A DNA stretch of 64,000 nt from Terriglobia bacterium. Its GTDB lineage: Bacteria; Acidobacteriota; Terriglobia; 20CM-2-55-15. Of this stretch, positions 61,843 to 64,000 are shown piece by piece (within the stretch, counting starts at the first letter, position 1; each line of letters begins with the position of its first letter). Position numbers and translations under genes: made by a program. The notes beneath the pieces are model-generated. The model saw only the letters and a list, made by a program, of their open reading frames with translations. It searched no databases and was not told the origin of the DNA. The stretch covers positions 96,001 through 160,000 of the forward strand of contig CBDCLE010000017.1 of the NCBI GenBank assembly GCA_965218585.1, in the 5' to 3' direction.

Positions 61843-63207
61843 GAGGTCATTACAAAAGGTGTGTAAAAGTCATCAGGCGGCGGCCTTCGATTTCATCACG
61901 ACTCTGATGCCGTCAGCGAATTGCTGGCCATCATAGACCTCTTGTAAGAGTTCGGATCCTTTTAAGTGTCGCCAAGCCTTCTCAGCGACACGTAGTAGCT
62001 TCCAGATCATTGCCGTTGCATTCTCGACACGCTTGAATCGGCGAGCGGCGTTGGTGCGGAGGCGAACCATGTCGAAGGGCGATTCGACGATGTTGGTCGT
62101 TCTAAGATGCACCCAGTGTTGTTTCGGGAACTCATAGAAAGTAATCATCCGGTCCCAGTCCCGCAACAGCGTCTCACCCGCTTTGGGATAGTTCTTCTCA
62201 TATCGGCGGACGAACTGATCCCGCTTTCGTTCGCAGGCCGCGCGGGAGTTCGCGAAGGCCATCCCATGAAGCAGCTGTCTGGCCGCGGGCTGCTCGGTCT
62301 TCGGCAGATGATCGACCACGTTGATCGACTTGTGGTTCCAGCAGCGTTGTTCCTGGCCCTGGGGCTGTTGCTCGGCCAGCGCGGACCAGATGCCCAGGTG
62401 ACCGTCCGCGACAGTCAGTCGTCCCAGCTTCAGGCCCCGTCTCTGGAGATTGCGCAGAATGCGGCTCCAGGACTCCTTGCTTTCCCGCTGCCCGCTCTCA
62501 CAGGCCAACACCACTTTGCGCCCGTCTGACAAGGCTCCGATGATCACCAGCAATGCCGCTCGCTCTTTCGCGATCCCCGCTTTCACGTACAAGCCGTCTG
62601 CCCACTGGTACACGACCTCGAGGCCGGACAGGTCCTGCTGGACCCACTCGTCATACTCCAACTGCCAGGTCGATTTCAGTCGTTGGATCGATGCTCGCGA
62701 CAACGGAGCGCCAGCGCCAAGCAGTCCGCGCATGGCCTGCTCGAAGTCCCCTGTGGCCAGGCCGTGGAGGTAGAGATCGGGAAGTAGCTCGCCCAGCTGT
62801 TTCGATTTCCGTCGAAAATACGGCAGGATCTGACTCTCGAACCGCTCGGCGGTGTTTCAAACCCGAGGTCGTCGAACCTCCATCGTACCGTTCATCATTG
62901 CGAAGCGTCGCGGTTTCCCGTGACCGTTCCGGTATCCTCGTCGATTCGGACTCCGCTCCAACTTTTCCCGACCCAGAAATTGAGTGACTTCGTCCTCGAG
63001 CAGCTCCTGTAGCCAGACTTGGACCCGGGATCGCGCCCAGTCCTCCAAACCTTCATACGCGTTCGTTGACGCCACTGATGCCGGTATGTTCTTCTTCTTC
63101 ATGGGTGGTGTACCTTTCTCCCGATTGCTGCCGGGATTGCTTACGGTTTCGAATTCACCGAAAGCGTACACCGCCTTCTCTTTTTACACACCGATTGGAA
63201 CGACCTC
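61843..63207 (-). mobile_element. IS256-family element A, copy 2; full length 1365 bp, 8 bp target duplication
   Basis: TIRs GAGGTCRTTMCAA--GGTGTGTAAAA; TCGATGGG at 61835-61842 and 63208-63215. Confidence 0.95.
61873..63102 (-). pseudogene. IS256-family transposase with nonsense codon (R82 CGA to TGA)
   Basis: Near-identical to 32370-33599 but stop at 62857-62859. Confidence 0.9.
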
Positions 63208-63240
63208 TCGATGGGCCTCCCTTTTGCTAACTGAAGTCTA

Positions 63241-63711
63241 ATGACACAGGAAATTAAGGGCCCCGTAGCCATCTTAGAAGTGTCCCCAGCTTCTCGAGTA
63301 GAGAACGCACCGGACGTTGACGACACCGAGAGTATGGTCGAAGAGGACCTCTCACAGCCCCGTCTGATTCCTCTGGAATCGTTTCCCTTCCGCATCGGAC
63401 GAGGAAACGAAAATCAAGCCTCGATCCAGGACAAAGGCATGTCCCGCCGCTCAATCGAAATTCGGAACGCGGACGGACAACTGGAACTGATCGATCTGGG
63501 CCAACACAGTGGGGTCCTCGTCAACGGGGAACCTCTTGACAGTCAGCAGACGCTTCAGTTCGACGACGTCATCACTTTCCCCAACGCCGACCTGAAGGTC
63601 ACTCTCAGGAAACCCCCGAGACAGACCCACCCGAAGCAACCGATAGCTGAATTACAGACTTACAGCGCTGCTTGGCGATCCACCATAGATCGGAATGCCC
63701 TTTCGCGGTGA
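63241..63711 (+). CDS. FHA-domain protein (atypical)
   Basis: FRIGRG, MSRR, LIDLG, GVLVNG, DVITF; lacks the usual His of SxxH and Asn of NG. Confidence 0.7.
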   Translation: MTQEIKGPVAILEVSPASRVENAPDVDDTESMVEEDLSQPRLIPLESFPFRIGRGNENQASIQDKGMSRRSIEIRNADGQLELIDLGQHSGVLVNGEPLDSQQTLQFDDVITFPNADLKVTLRKPPRQTHPKQPIAELQTYSAAWRSTIDRNALSR

Positions 63712-63779
63712 TCACATGCAGGCTATACTCGTTGGTCGGCCATGCGCCGCGAGCGTAGGGAGGAAAGGACAAGAGACGA

Positions 63780-64000
63780 ATGAGCGCTGATATCGGAAAA
63801 GGAAACGGGGCTTCTCCAACCGAACCCACAGACGTATTGAAAGACTCCGGCCAGACCAGTGGTTCGAATGGCGGAGGAAGCCAATCCGGAGACGGCAAGC
63901 TCATCGTTATCACCGCACCCCTCACCGAGGCTATCGATCATGCCGGTTATTTCATTCAGATGGCCATGGCATCCCTACCCATATGGCTGGAATGGATCCT
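63780..64000 (+). CDS. Partial CDS running off the window, possibly a B12-binding radical SAM protein N-terminus
   Basis: Open frame from ATG 63780; low-complexity leader then GKLIVITAPLTE; family guess is weak. Confidence 0.45.
   Translation, partial: MSADIGKGNGASPTEPTDVLKDSGQTSGSNGGGSQSGDGKLIVITAPLTEAIDHAGYFIQMAMASLPIWLEWI

Noticed and set aside
32340-63207. Composite transposon bounded by the two IS256-A copies
   Set aside because: Copy 2 has its own TSD on both sides, showing independent insertion, and the outer flanks do not match
1-64000. CRISPR array, rRNA, prophage
   Set aside because: No regularly spaced repeats, rRNA signatures or phage structural genes; the DUF1353-like gene alone is insufficient

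Overview
A GC-rich bacterial chromosomal window. The gene content (DUF6152/DUF5916 families, many exported hydrolases, Tat/Sec signals) suggests a diderm environmental lineage, possibly Acidobacteriota, but this is a weak inference. It opens with housekeeping genes (asnS, coaE, folD, thrC, a TPR lytic transglycosylase), continues through many exported hydrolases and oxidoreductases, and contains an IS-scarred accessory island at about 32-41 kb (three IS256-family copies in the window, Fic, astacin-like peptidase, a dead EEP nuclease, a truncated phosphoesterase). It then has a redox block (PQQ quinohemoprotein, aryl sulfotransferase, TauE, NapA plus a tetraheme NapB) and an exported CobN-like chelatase operon with MotA/ExbB and DUF2149 partners. 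Signals missed by the ORF track: a UGA-recoded selenoprotein peroxiredoxin (UxxC) with a SECIS hairpin, a 272 bp MITE with perfect 32 bp inverted repeats between folD and coaE, a 6S-RNA-like rod downstream of asnS, GTAG-type REP repeats and a degenerate attC-like site. About ten single-base indels split otherwise intact genes, many in homopolymers, and are probably consensus errors. All family calls come from motif recognition by eye, not database searches.
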